This document shows positions 10,504-18,747 of a stretch of 64,000 bases of DNA, piece after piece (positions within the stretch are counted from its first letter, which is position 1; each line of letters opens with the position of its first letter). Source of the stretch: Myxococcales bacterium (lineage in GTDB: Bacteria > Myxococcota > Myxococcia > Myxococcales > 40CM-4-68-19); the NCBI GenBank assembly GCA_036488495.1, contig DASXHM010000125.1, positions 24,560 through 88,559 on the forward strand. The letters are read 5' to 3'. The translations under genes and the position numbers were made by a program. The notes under the pieces were generated by a model. It was not told the DNA's origin. It did not search any database and saw only the letters and a list, made by a program, of their open reading frames with translations.

Positions 10504-12249
10504 GTGGTGCATCTTCTTGAAGGCTGCAACCGCGTTTTCTCGGCGGTGTTCCTGGCTGTTGCCATTTGGGGTTCCGCCTCGACACCCGCGTGGGCAGACG
10601 AGGTCGACGTTGCGGTCGACGCATTTGCCATGGCCGGAAGCAGTGTCGGGTTCACGCTCGATGAAACCGAGAAAACGATCGCGAAGGCGATCGTCCGTTG
10701 TGTCGGGCGCAAAAAGCAGCTCGTGATCTGTTCTCGCGAAGAGGTCGTCCGGCGTCTGCCTGCCGACGCTCAACCAATCGTGACGTGCATGCTGCAGGGC
10801 AGGCGCATCGATGCTTGTGCCGCGCAAGGCATGCTCCAGCGATTGCCACCGGAGGTACGCGGGACTGCCCAGTGCATCGCTGAGCAGCGACCGCTGTCCG
10901 AATGCGGTTCCGCCGAGGTGGTTCGGCGCCTGCCGCCGGAGACTCAAGCGATCGCGTCGTGCATCGCGGCGGGTCGTACGTTCGAGGCGTGTGCGGGCGA
11001 TGAGGCCGTCAGACGGTTGCCGGTCCAGACACGCGATCTCGCACCGTGCCTGGTGGAGCGCCCTGATTTCGGAACCTGCACCGCGCACGCAGCCGCGAAA
11101 ACGGCTCACAGGCAAGCGCTCGTGGTCATCGAAAAGCTCAAGGCCGATGGCCGCACCGACCTGGGGTCGGGCCCGCCGACTCCCATACGCAACATCATCA
11201 ATGTCGCGGACGGAATTCGGGAAGACGATTGGGGAAAGGTCGCCTTGTATGGTGGGGCCGAGGTCTACAAGGCGGCAGCGAAGATCGTTCTCAATATCCT
11301 TCTGACTCCTGCATTCCAGCCCTTGATCGGGCCTATCGTCGATACGATCGTACAGAACCGCGTCGACCTTTTCGCGCGTTTGGTCAAAGCGTTGAAGAAG
11401 AAGGATGTAAAGGCTGTTGGCGAGGTCGCGGTCGAGGGGTACCTCCTGATGCAGGTCGAGGTCGCATGTGCCCTACCGATGCCGAACGACATGCGAGAGT
11501 CACTTTGCGGAACGGTCGGCAAAATCATCAAGGACGTGGCTCATGTTGGCGGGGATGCCGCAGATTTGGCGAGACGGCTGATTGCGCGGCCGCTCAATAT
11601 TCCTGACACGCTCTGGGCCGAGACTCAGACCCTCCGCGAGCGAATGAGTGGAAAGAAAAGGGGCTGCGAACCCGCGCCGACCTACTACGCTTCGCATTAT
11701 GTAGGGTGCTACCATCGAGCCGCTTACCTGAAGCTGTCGGATCCGGCTCACCTGCGTGGATTGACCGGGTCTCTCAACAATACTTGCCGTCGCTATTACG
11801 ACCAGTGCTTCTTCTCAAACCGCTTCGACGGGTTATGCAATCCTCAAAGGGACATGTTTCTCAAACACGCGGACCAGCTCGCGGGCGGACTGAACGACGC
11901 AGCCGTCATTTATGCCCGGTCATTGCGTGACTCCCTTGCGGCCGCGGGCACGCAAGCTTGCGACCCGTCGTTCACAGCGGGAAGGATCAGGGACTTCACG
12001 ACGAGCTGCGTGCGTGCGCTTCACGCACAGGTGCCCCTGAAAGGTAGCGCATCAGACGATAGCTGTCACGGTGGCCAATCTTCGCCGACCGAGTCTGCGC
12101 ATTGGCTGGCCTGTCACAAGACCATCGAAGCGCTTCAGCCGCTGCGATTGGCGGCCAATCTGTGTCACGCCGCGAAGGAGGCCCTGAACAGGGCGCGCGG
12201 CATCGCCGAGGCGGCCCCACGATACAAGAGACTTGGAAAGAACAGGTGA
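10504..12249 (+). CDS. Secreted protein with four tandem Cys-pair repeats and a Cys-containing C-terminal region; no family recognised
   Basis: GTG at 10504/10507 precedes a signal peptide (VVHLLEGCNRVFSAVFLAVAIWGSASTPAWA). The track start at 10345 is Arg-rich and unlikely. Composition is lower in GC than the flanks, by eye. Confidence 0.6.
   Translation: MVHLLEGCNRVFSAVFLAVAIWGSASTPAWADEVDVAVDAFAMAGSSVGFTLDETEKTIAKAIVRCVGRKKQLVICSREEVVRRLPADAQPIVTCMLQGRRIDACAAQGMLQRLPPEVRGTAQCIAEQRPLSECGSAEVVRRLPPETQAIASCIAAGRTFEACAGDEAVRRLPVQTRDLAPCLVERPDFGTCTAHAAAKTAHRQALVVIEKLKADGRTDLGSGPPTPIRNIINVADGIREDDWGKVALYGGAEVYKAAAKIVLNILLTPAFQPLIGPIVDTIVQNRVDLFARLVKALKKKDVKAVGEVAVEGYLLMQVEVACALPMPNDMRESLCGTVGKIIKDVAHVGGDAADLARRLIARPLNIPDTLWAETQTLRERMSGKKRGCEPAPTYYASHYVGCYHRAAYLKLSDPAHLRGLTGSLNNTCRRYYDQCFFSNRFDGLCNPQRDMFLKHADQLAGGLNDAAVIYARSLRDSLAAAGTQACDPSFTAGRIRDFTTSCVRALHAQVPLKGSASDDSCHGGQSSPTESAHWLACHKTIEALQPLRLAANLCHAAKEALNRARGIAEAAPRYKRLGKNR
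10729..11079 (+). repeat. Four tandem ~29-aa coding repeats (consensus ..EVVRRLPxxxQxxxxCxxxxRxxxxC)
   Basis: CSREEVVRRLPADAQPIVTCMLQGRRIDAC / AAQGMLQRLPPEVRGTAQCIAEQRPLSEC / GSAEVVRRLPPETQAIASCIAAGRTFEAC / AGDEAVRRLPVQTRDLAPCLVERPDFGTC. Confidence 0.8.
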
Positions 12250-12307
12250 TTGGTACGTAGCACATACCGTGCCCCGCTTGGTCCACCTCAATCGACAGGA
12301 GCGTGTC

Positions 12308-13249
12308 ATGTCTCATGCGTTTCGCATATTTGTCGCGTTGCTCGTATTCATGCCTTTTCATGCGGCCCGTGCCCTGACGACGATACTGGCCGACTACCCG
12401 CGGTATGGCACGGCTCTCTCTCCCGACAAGGAGCTTGCTCTGCGCAGCGCCGCAAGGGCCGTCGCGGGTGTCCTGTTGACGGGAGGGAGCGTCGATGTGG
12501 CCATCTACGGAAACGCGGACTTCGACAACGATCGCTCGAAAGAGGTGTCGGTGAGCACGGAGCGAGCGCGCTCAGCAGAAGCCACGTTGCGTCGGATGAT
12601 TGCAGAGGAGGCAGCGCTGGTCGGTCAGTCCGGGCGTCTTTCAGCGGTGAGCATCACCTCCACGGGGCTTGGAACACTTCGACCCGTGTTCCCCCGGCCC
12701 CTGAACGAGGAACAGCGCCGCGCCAACCGCCGCATCGAGATCGTTTGGAACGCAAGTGCGGGTCCCTTGCCAGCACCGTCCGAGCCGATCTTCCAGCGTT
12801 GCATGCGCGTGTTGCCTTCCGTGAGCGTTGCAGGAACGCGCCGACGCATGGCTTGCGTTTGCAGCAAGCTCCAGCAGATAACCCCGGCGGTGGGCGACAC
12901 TCATTACGACTACCGCGCAAAGCTCCAGATGCCCGGAAGTGCCGGCTGGCCGAACCTCACTCCCGAACAGTGGAACGTCGCCGTGAACGGGTTCGTCCGA
13001 CATCTGCGGGCCGACATTCGTAGCTCCTCCAACAATTCGCCCCGGGACGCCGACTTCGCGGCGGGTCTGGTTGCACTGGACGACATGGTCGGGCGGAACA
13101 TCGACGATTTCTCCAACCAGCAGGTCGGCGGCTCAGCCACAGGGCTGCTGGATCGTGCGTTGCTTGCCGATATCCAAAATCGCATGTCGGACCCGAATCA
13201 CACTTACTCCTGCTACGCGAATTATTCGAGGAGGGACCACGATCTCTAG
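12308..13249 (+). CDS. OmpA-like (peptidoglycan-associating) domain protein with an unassigned C-terminal half
   Basis: ATG at 12308. Signal peptide MSHAFRIFVALLVFMPFHAARA. OmpA_C-like segment ...VAIYGNADFDND...STERARSAEATL...RANRRIEIVW. About 170 further residues have no motif I recognise. Confidence 0.6.
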   Translation: MSHAFRIFVALLVFMPFHAARALTTILADYPRYGTALSPDKELALRSAARAVAGVLLTGGSVDVAIYGNADFDNDRSKEVSVSTERARSAEATLRRMIAEEAALVGQSGRLSAVSITSTGLGTLRPVFPRPLNEEQRRANRRIEIVWNASAGPLPAPSEPIFQRCMRVLPSVSVAGTRRRMACVCSKLQQITPAVGDTHYDYRAKLQMPGSAGWPNLTPEQWNVAVNGFVRHLRADIRSSSNNSPRDADFAAGLVALDDMVGRNIDDFSNQQVGGSATGLLDRALLADIQNRMSDPNHTYSCYANYSRRDHDL

Positions 13250-13263
13250 AGTCTCGCCTGTGA

Positions 13264-13584
13264 CGATCTCCTGCGAGCTCCGCCCACAGTGATCGACCTA
13301 GCAGCTGCGCGACGCGACGATCTAACTGTCCCGCGTGCGGATACGAACTGCCTTTTTGCGATGAGACGGAGCCTCGCCGTCCGGATGAGATATGCCCCTG
13401 TTGCGGAATCCAGTTTGGGTATGACGACCCCCGCACGTGGATGTGGCCGGAGATTTATTTGGCGCGCCGCGGAAATTGCTGGTCGTGCGACTACGGCAGA
13501 AAACAAGATGCGCAAGCCGGTACTGACGGAGCCGTGCAACTTGTCATTGCGGCCTGCCTGGCGCACGCGGTTGTCGCTTCCTAG
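13264..13584 (+). other. Start-less ORF encoding a zinc-ribbon-type Cys-rich peptide (CPxCG...CPCCG)
   Basis: The frame is open from 13264 to TAG 13582-13584. It translates to ...NCPACGYELPFCDETEPRRPDEICPCCGIQFGYDDPRTW... with no ATG, GTG or TTG before the first Cys pair. It is absent from the ORF track. Confidence 0.3.
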
Positions 13585-15962
13585 TCGCCACGCAGCGCGG
13601 TCATCGGGTCCTGCCGAGCGGCGGCAGCAGCAGGCAACACGCTCGCCGCCAGCGTCACCATCGCAAGCGCGGCCGCGACGGCCGCGAACGTCAGCGGATC
13701 GCGCGCGCCGACGCCGAAGAGCAGCGCCGCGAGAAAGCGCGAGAGCAAGAGCGATCCGGCAAGACCAATCGCAACACCGATGAGCGCGAGCCGCAGGCCA
13801 CGGCCGAGCACGAGCCACGCAAGTTGCCGGCCCCGCGCACCCAACGCAGCGCGCACGGCAAGCTCACGCCGCCGCTGCACCACCGAAAACGCGGTCGCGC
13901 CGTAGACGCCGAGAGCCGACAGCAAGAGCGCCGCTGCCGCGAAGACGAGCGCGACCTCGAGATAGAAGCGCCGCTGCCGCGACCAGCCTGCAAGGAAGTC
14001 TTCGAGCGCTCTCGTCGGGCCGAGGAGGAGCTCTCCCGCAAATCCGGCGGTCGCCGCGCGCAATTGCGGCTCCAGGCGGGCGACCGGCAAGTGGCTCTTG
14101 GTCACCAGCATGAACCCTTGCTGGTAGTTGTCCCTTGAGAATGCGAACTGCGCTTGCGGCAGGTACACTTGTGGTTGCACGGGTTCGCCGGGTCCCCATT
14201 GGTGGACGTCCTGCACGACCCCGACGATGGTGAAACGGATTGGCCAGGTGGTCATGTCGAAGGCGACCCCGAGCGGGTCGCGCCCGGCGAGATACCGGTC
14301 GACGAACGTCTGGTTCACGAGCGCAACCGGAGTGCTCGTCGCGGTGTCGGTCTCCGCGAGGTCCCTACCTTTCAAGAGCCGCGTGCCGGCGAGCCCGAGA
14401 TAGCCGGGGCTGAACCAGTTGGGGATGACTGTGTCCCAGACATCCGGGCGGTGGGTGCGGCCGACGACGTCGACGCTCTCGCCCCAGCCTCGCGTTCCGC
14501 GCTCGAAGGGCAGCACGCCGGCGAGCGCGGCCTCTTCGACGCCGGGTGTCTTGCGCGCGGCCTCCAAGACGCGATTCGCGGTCGCAACCGACGCCGTTCG
14601 TTCTGGATAGAAGAAGGTGCCGAAGAGATTCGCCGGATCGGCGCCGAGCGGCACCGCCGCGAACCGCTGCATGCTGCGAACGAGAAGACCCGTGCCTGCC
14701 GCCAGCATCAGCGCGATGGCGAGTTGCGCGACCACCATTCCGTCGCGAAGCCGCGACCTGCCCGAGCCAGCAGTCACGCTCGCGCCACCGTCGTTGAGCA
14801 GCCCAAACACGTCCGGCTCGAGCACCGGCGCGGCCGAGGCGAGGCCGGACAGCGCACCGGCGCACAGCGACGAGATGACGGCGAACGCCGCCATCCGGAA
14901 GTCGACGGAAAGCTGGTCCATCCGCGGCAGCGGACCGACCGCAGCCAAGAAGCGCAGCGCCAAAGCCGCGAGGAGAAGGCCCAATCCGCCGCCAGCGACG
15001 GCGAGCAAGACGCCTTCCAGCACGTGCTGCCTCGCGATGCGCGCCCGCCCGCCGCCGAGCGCGGCGCGTATGGCCAGATCGCGCGCGCGAGCCGACCCGC
15101 GCATCAAGAGGAGAAGAGCGACGTTGGCGCAGGCGATGACGAGGAGCAGCAGCACGGCCGCGAACGACGCTTCGAGCGCCGGCGCGTACGACCCGGTGAG
15201 AAAGGGCACGAATCGAGTCGCGTCGATCCCGTTGTGGTTGAACGCGCGCAAGAGGGCGTCGAGCTCGGCGCGGACCGCGTCCGGCGTCACGCCCGGCTTC
15301 ATCCGCACGATGCCGTACAGGCCGGTGCGATCGCGGTCGGCGAGCTGCTGCGCCGTGATCCCGAGCGGCATGACGAGCTCGTACCGTTCGATCAGGGGGA
15401 AGCTCACGCGCGGCGGCAGGACTCCGACGATGGTGACCGCGCGGCGATCGATCCGGATGGTCCGGCCGAGCACCGCGGGATCGCCGTTGAGCTCGCGCCG
15501 CCAGAACCCATCGGCGATGACCACGACTGCGTCCTTGCCCGCGTAGTCCTCCGCCGGCTCGAAGGCGCGGCCGATCGCGGGCGAAACGCCGAGGGTCGTG
15601 AAGAGGCTCGCGCTGACATGACCGACGCCGAGAGGCTTGGTGCCCGCGGAGGTCGTGACGATGTCACTGCCGCCGCCCAGCATCCCGATCGCCTGGATGG
15701 TCTTCGCGCGGTCCTGGAGGTGAAGGAATTGTGCCGGACCGAGCGGCACGTACTCCCCCGCGCCATCGATGGCGCGGAGCGCGAGCAGTCGCTCCGGCGA
15801 CGCGTACGGCAAGGGCCGCCGCAGCACCGTGTCGACGAGGCTGAAGGTCGCCGTGCTGCTGCCGACGCCGATGGCGAGTGCGAGGATGGCGACGGCCGCG
15901 AATCCGGGTTGCCGCGAGAAACCGCGTAGGCTTTGCCGCAGGTCGAGCAACAATCCACGCAT
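13581..15962 (-). CDS. ABC transporter permease, duplicated FtsX/MacB-type (ADOP family)
   Basis: 793 aa. N-terminus MRGLLLDLRQSLRGFSRQPGFAAVAILALAIGVGSSTATFSLVDTVLRRPLPY is typical of ADOP permeases. Two FtsX-like 4-TM modules. C-terminal ...DPMTALRGD. Confidence 0.85.
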   Translation of the reverse strand: MRGLLLDLRQSLRGFSRQPGFAAVAILALAIGVGSSTATFSLVDTVLRRPLPYASPERLLALRAIDGAGEYVPLGPAQFLHLQDRAKTIQAIGMLGGGSDIVTTSAGTKPLGVGHVSASLFTTLGVSPAIGRAFEPAEDYAGKDAVVVIADGFWRRELNGDPAVLGRTIRIDRRAVTIVGVLPPRVSFPLIERYELVMPLGITAQQLADRDRTGLYGIVRMKPGVTPDAVRAELDALLRAFNHNGIDATRFVPFLTGSYAPALEASFAAVLLLLVIACANVALLLLMRGSARARDLAIRAALGGGRARIARQHVLEGVLLAVAGGGLGLLLAALALRFLAAVGPLPRMDQLSVDFRMAAFAVISSLCAGALSGLASAAPVLEPDVFGLLNDGGASVTAGSGRSRLRDGMVVAQLAIALMLAAGTGLLVRSMQRFAAVPLGADPANLFGTFFYPERTASVATANRVLEAARKTPGVEEAALAGVLPFERGTRGWGESVDVVGRTHRPDVWDTVIPNWFSPGYLGLAGTRLLKGRDLAETDTATSTPVALVNQTFVDRYLAGRDPLGVAFDMTTWPIRFTIVGVVQDVHQWGPGEPVQPQVYLPQAQFAFSRDNYQQGFMLVTKSHLPVARLEPQLRAATAGFAGELLLGPTRALEDFLAGWSRQRRFYLEVALVFAAAALLLSALGVYGATAFSVVQRRRELAVRAALGARGRQLAWLVLGRGLRLALIGVAIGLAGSLLLSRFLAALLFGVGARDPLTFAAVAAALAMVTLAASVLPAAAAARQDPMTALRGD

Positions 15963-16086
15963 CGAATGCCCCCTCGCGGGAAAGACGACGGCTCCCGCGC
16001 TGGTGTTCCCTCATACCGCGATCGGTTGCCGGACAAGACGGTGGCCAGTGATCGAGCTATAGAGTCACGCCCGGGGGGGACCCGCC

Positions 16087-16650
16087 ATGGCCCATCGCAT
16101 GATCGTTTTGATTCTGTCCGTCGGTGCAGCCGCTCACGCCGAGGATCGGTTCGGTTCCGGGGGACAGATCGTGCCGTTCGGCAACGCAGCCGTCGCGCGC
16201 ACCTCGAGCGGAGGCCTCTCGCAAACCGTCGTCTCGCTCGCGCCAGGCGCCTTGTGGTTCGCCGCTGACGGTTTCGCGCTGGGGCTGCAGGCGAGGTTGA
16301 GCTACGCGTCCGGCGTCGCCGGCAGCATCACCGTCGTCAACGGGGTGCCTGTCAGCAGCGTCAACGCGCCCTCCGTCTGGGCTGTCGGTCTCGCTCCGGA
16401 GGTGGCCACCGTCCTCCATCTGGGCGATCGCCTCGCGCTCTTTCCGCAGGCCAGCTTCGGCTTCCTCTCGGTTTCGGGCGGCAACGCCAGCGCGCACGCC
16501 CTCGACTTGACCGTGTTCGCGCCGGTCGTGTTCATTCCGGTCCCGCACCTGTTCCTCGGCTTCGGGCCGTTCATCGACTGGGTGGTCTCGGGCGACGCCT
16601 CGGGAAACAACACCTTCGGCCTTCAATCGCAGATCGGCGGCTGGTTTTAA
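16087..16650 (+). CDS. Small outer-membrane beta-barrel protein
   Basis: Signal peptide MAHRMIVLILSVGAAAHA, alternating Gly/Ala/Ser-rich beta-strand-like segments, and a C-terminal aromatic residue (...QSQIGGWF). Confidence 0.55.
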   Translation: MAHRMIVLILSVGAAAHAEDRFGSGGQIVPFGNAAVARTSSGGLSQTVVSLAPGALWFAADGFALGLQARLSYASGVAGSITVVNGVPVSSVNAPSVWAVGLAPEVATVLHLGDRLALFPQASFGFLSVSGGNASAHALDLTVFAPVVFIPVPHLFLGFGPFIDWVVSGDASGNNTFGLQSQIGGWF

Positions 16651-16684
16651 TCAACTCGCGCCGCCAGAGTCGCGGCGCCTCTTT

Positions 16685-17242
16685 TCAGCGCGCCTCGAAG
16701 GTGGTGGGCCGGCCTTCGAAGTAGATCCAGGCCAGCCCGGCGGCCGCCGTGAGCAGGCCGCCGAGCGCGAGGAATCCGGAGTTGCGCTTCCGCCGATCGT
16801 AGCTCGAGATGCAGCGCGGCTCGTCGTCGCAAAATGCGCCTTCCAGAACGGCATTGCCCATCAAGGAAAGTCCGCCGCCGAGGACCGCCACCCCGCCCGC
16901 GGCCGCCACGACCGTGCCCAGCGCCCTTGCCGACGAGGAACGCGCGGCGACCTCGAGCTCCAGATCGTCCGGGCGCAGCGCAAGCCGGAACGGTGCGCTA
17001 ACCAAAATGCCGGGCCCGCCGAACAGGAACGTGTCCTCGGGCCCGAACGTCACGTCGACATCGCACGGAGCCCGGCAGACCGCGAAGCGCCGCGCGTTCG
17101 ACGCGAGCCGCAAGAGCTGCACGCGGTCGTCGTCGGTGAGGAGTCGCACGTGCCGCGTCCAACCCGCCTCCGGCGGAGGCGGCGGTTCCGCGGCGGGCGC
17201 CGCAACTGCGAACAAGGGGGCTACGGAAGCAATGCGTTTCAT
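16685..17242 (-). CDS. Hypothetical exported/membrane protein
   Basis: Signal peptide MKRIASVAPLFAVAAPAA and two C-terminal hydrophobic segments. No family recognised. Confidence 0.45.
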   Translation of the reverse strand: MKRIASVAPLFAVAAPAAEPPPPPEAGWTRHVRLLTDDDRVQLLRLASNARRFAVCRAPCDVDVTFGPEDTFLFGGPGILVSAPFRLALRPDDLELEVAARSSSARALGTVVAAAGGVAVLGGGLSLMGNAVLEGAFCDDEPRCISSYDRRKRNSGFLALGGLLTAAAGLAWIYFEGRPTTFEAR

Positions 17243-17305
17243 GGTTCGTCCGACCTTCCTCCGTCGCCTCCGGTCACGAGCGCGCGGCCCGTCTAGCCGC
17301 GCGCT

Positions 17306-17605
17306 GTAACAGCGGGTTCCCCGCAGTTACTTGTGCGACTCGATCCCTGGGGTTTTTGGCCGATCGAGTCGCGCAGAGCCGAGGCCCAAAAGCGAGCTAC
17401 TGTCCCGACACCTTTTAGGAATGTGGCCATAATCGCCTGTGTCGCGATCTCGCGGAACCCCTGCGTAAACGCACCAAAGGGCCCGATTCGGCACCGGATC
17501 GATACGTCACGGCATGACGGGTACCGGCACGGCCGGTTTTGTGCCCGAGCGCGCGGTCCACGTTGCACAACCGCTCTACCGCGCGGTCCACGTCGCACTT
17601 CGTTC
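17306..17605 (+). repeat. Structured dispersed repeat, full-length copy 1
   Basis: Aligns with 35687-35865 and 49140-49440. It begins with hairpin GTAACAGCGGG..CCCGCAGTTAC. Then comes a perfect 11-bp inverted repeat, GCGACTCGATC (17335-17345) and GATCGAGTCGC (17362-17372), around a 16-nt spacer. The right part holds a local duplication (CGCGCGGTCCACGT.GCAC twice). Confidence 0.85.
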
Positions 17606-17649
17606 GACTGTGAAGACCGTGCTAGAGAGTGGTCTCCGAGGGGCGATTG

Positions 17650-18747
17650 ATGATGTTCCGTTGGTGCACGTGCGCACTACTCGCTTGTCTCGCCGTCAGC
17701 TTCGCCGCCCCAGCCGATCCGTATCCCGTCGGCGCGCGCTTGCGTCTCGCGGACTCCGCGGAACAGAAGTGCCTCCGCGACCCCGGCAGTAGCCGCACCG
17801 ACTGCAGCGTCGTGGAGCAGACTCGCGTTGCCTTCACCGAGGCCGTGGCGCGCATGTTTACCCCCAAGCCAACGCCTGATCTCGAGTTGGAGCTGGCAGT
17901 CGAGACGGCGGAGATCTTCGAGCAGGTCCAGGGCGGGTTCGTCCTCGACATCGAGGCGCGGATACGCGTGCTGACTCCCGAGGGCGCCCTGCTCGACGCC
18001 GTCCACGCCGTCGGCCGCCGGTCGGTCACGGCCGACACCGCAGTGGACCGGGCCGCGCTGGAAGCCGCCCGCGTGGCGGCCCGAGACTTCGAGGAGAAGT
18101 ACGACCGCTCGTCCGCGATTCGCGCCTGGCTGGTGAGCAGCGGTGTCGCATCCGCATCGGCGGTGGCTTTGCCGCCCCGGAGCCGCCAGCTGTTCTGGAT
18201 CGCGCCCGTCCTGGGCGTGGGGACGGGCGGCGACAAGAGCATGACCGTCATCCCGGCGGTGCGGGTTGGCGCTTCGTGGAACTGGCTGATGTTGCAAGCG
18301 ATGTACGCGCACCACGGCCCGGACTTCACCGCCGCGCTCTTGGCCAACAGCAACCAGCTGAGCAACCCGGTAGCGACGCTCTCCACCAACGACTTCGGCC
18401 TGGAGATCGGCGGAGTCCTGCGGCCGTGGGAAAGCATCGAGCTGCGCGCCGGACCGGGCGTGCACTATCTCTTTGGCAGCGCCAGCACAGACCCCGCGGA
18501 GCCGGGGCAGCAGGGGAGCGAATCCTACTCCAAGCTCTCGCCCACGCTCTTCGCCTCCATCTCCACCACCTTCCTGCCCTTCCGTAACGGCGCGCGCTTC
18601 GTCGTCGGCGCAGAGGCGCGGGTCTACTTCAGCAGCAGCACCGACCTCGCCGAGCTCGGCCGCCGCGTGCCGCTGCTCGACAACTCGTTCGGACTGTTCC
18701 TCGGAATCGAGGCCCCGTGGAAGTCCAGCCGAGGCGGTACGCGATGA
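17650..18747 (+). CDS. Hypothetical exported protein (possibly outer-membrane associated)
   Basis: ATG at 17650/17653 precedes signal peptide MMFRWCTCALLACLAVSFAAPA. The C-terminal half is rich in short beta-like segments. The stop overlaps the next gene start. Confidence 0.55.
   Translation: MMFRWCTCALLACLAVSFAAPADPYPVGARLRLADSAEQKCLRDPGSSRTDCSVVEQTRVAFTEAVARMFTPKPTPDLELELAVETAEIFEQVQGGFVLDIEARIRVLTPEGALLDAVHAVGRRSVTADTAVDRAALEAARVAARDFEEKYDRSSAIRAWLVSSGVASASAVALPPRSRQLFWIAPVLGVGTGGDKSMTVIPAVRVGASWNWLMLQAMYAHHGPDFTAALLANSNQLSNPVATLSTNDFGLEIGGVLRPWESIELRAGPGVHYLFGSASTDPAEPGQQGSESYSKLSPTLFASISTTFLPFRNGARFVVGAEARVYFSSSTDLAELGRRVPLLDNSFGLFLGIEAPWKSSRGGTR

Noticed and set aside
17306-17605. Idea that the structured dispersed repeat is a retron msr/msd-type ncRNA, since myxobacteria are rich in retrons.
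   Set aside because: No reverse transcriptase gene adjoins any copy, and the repeat occurs in multiple dispersed copies, unlike retron loci. I kept it only as a generic ncRNA/MITE/recombination-site candidate.
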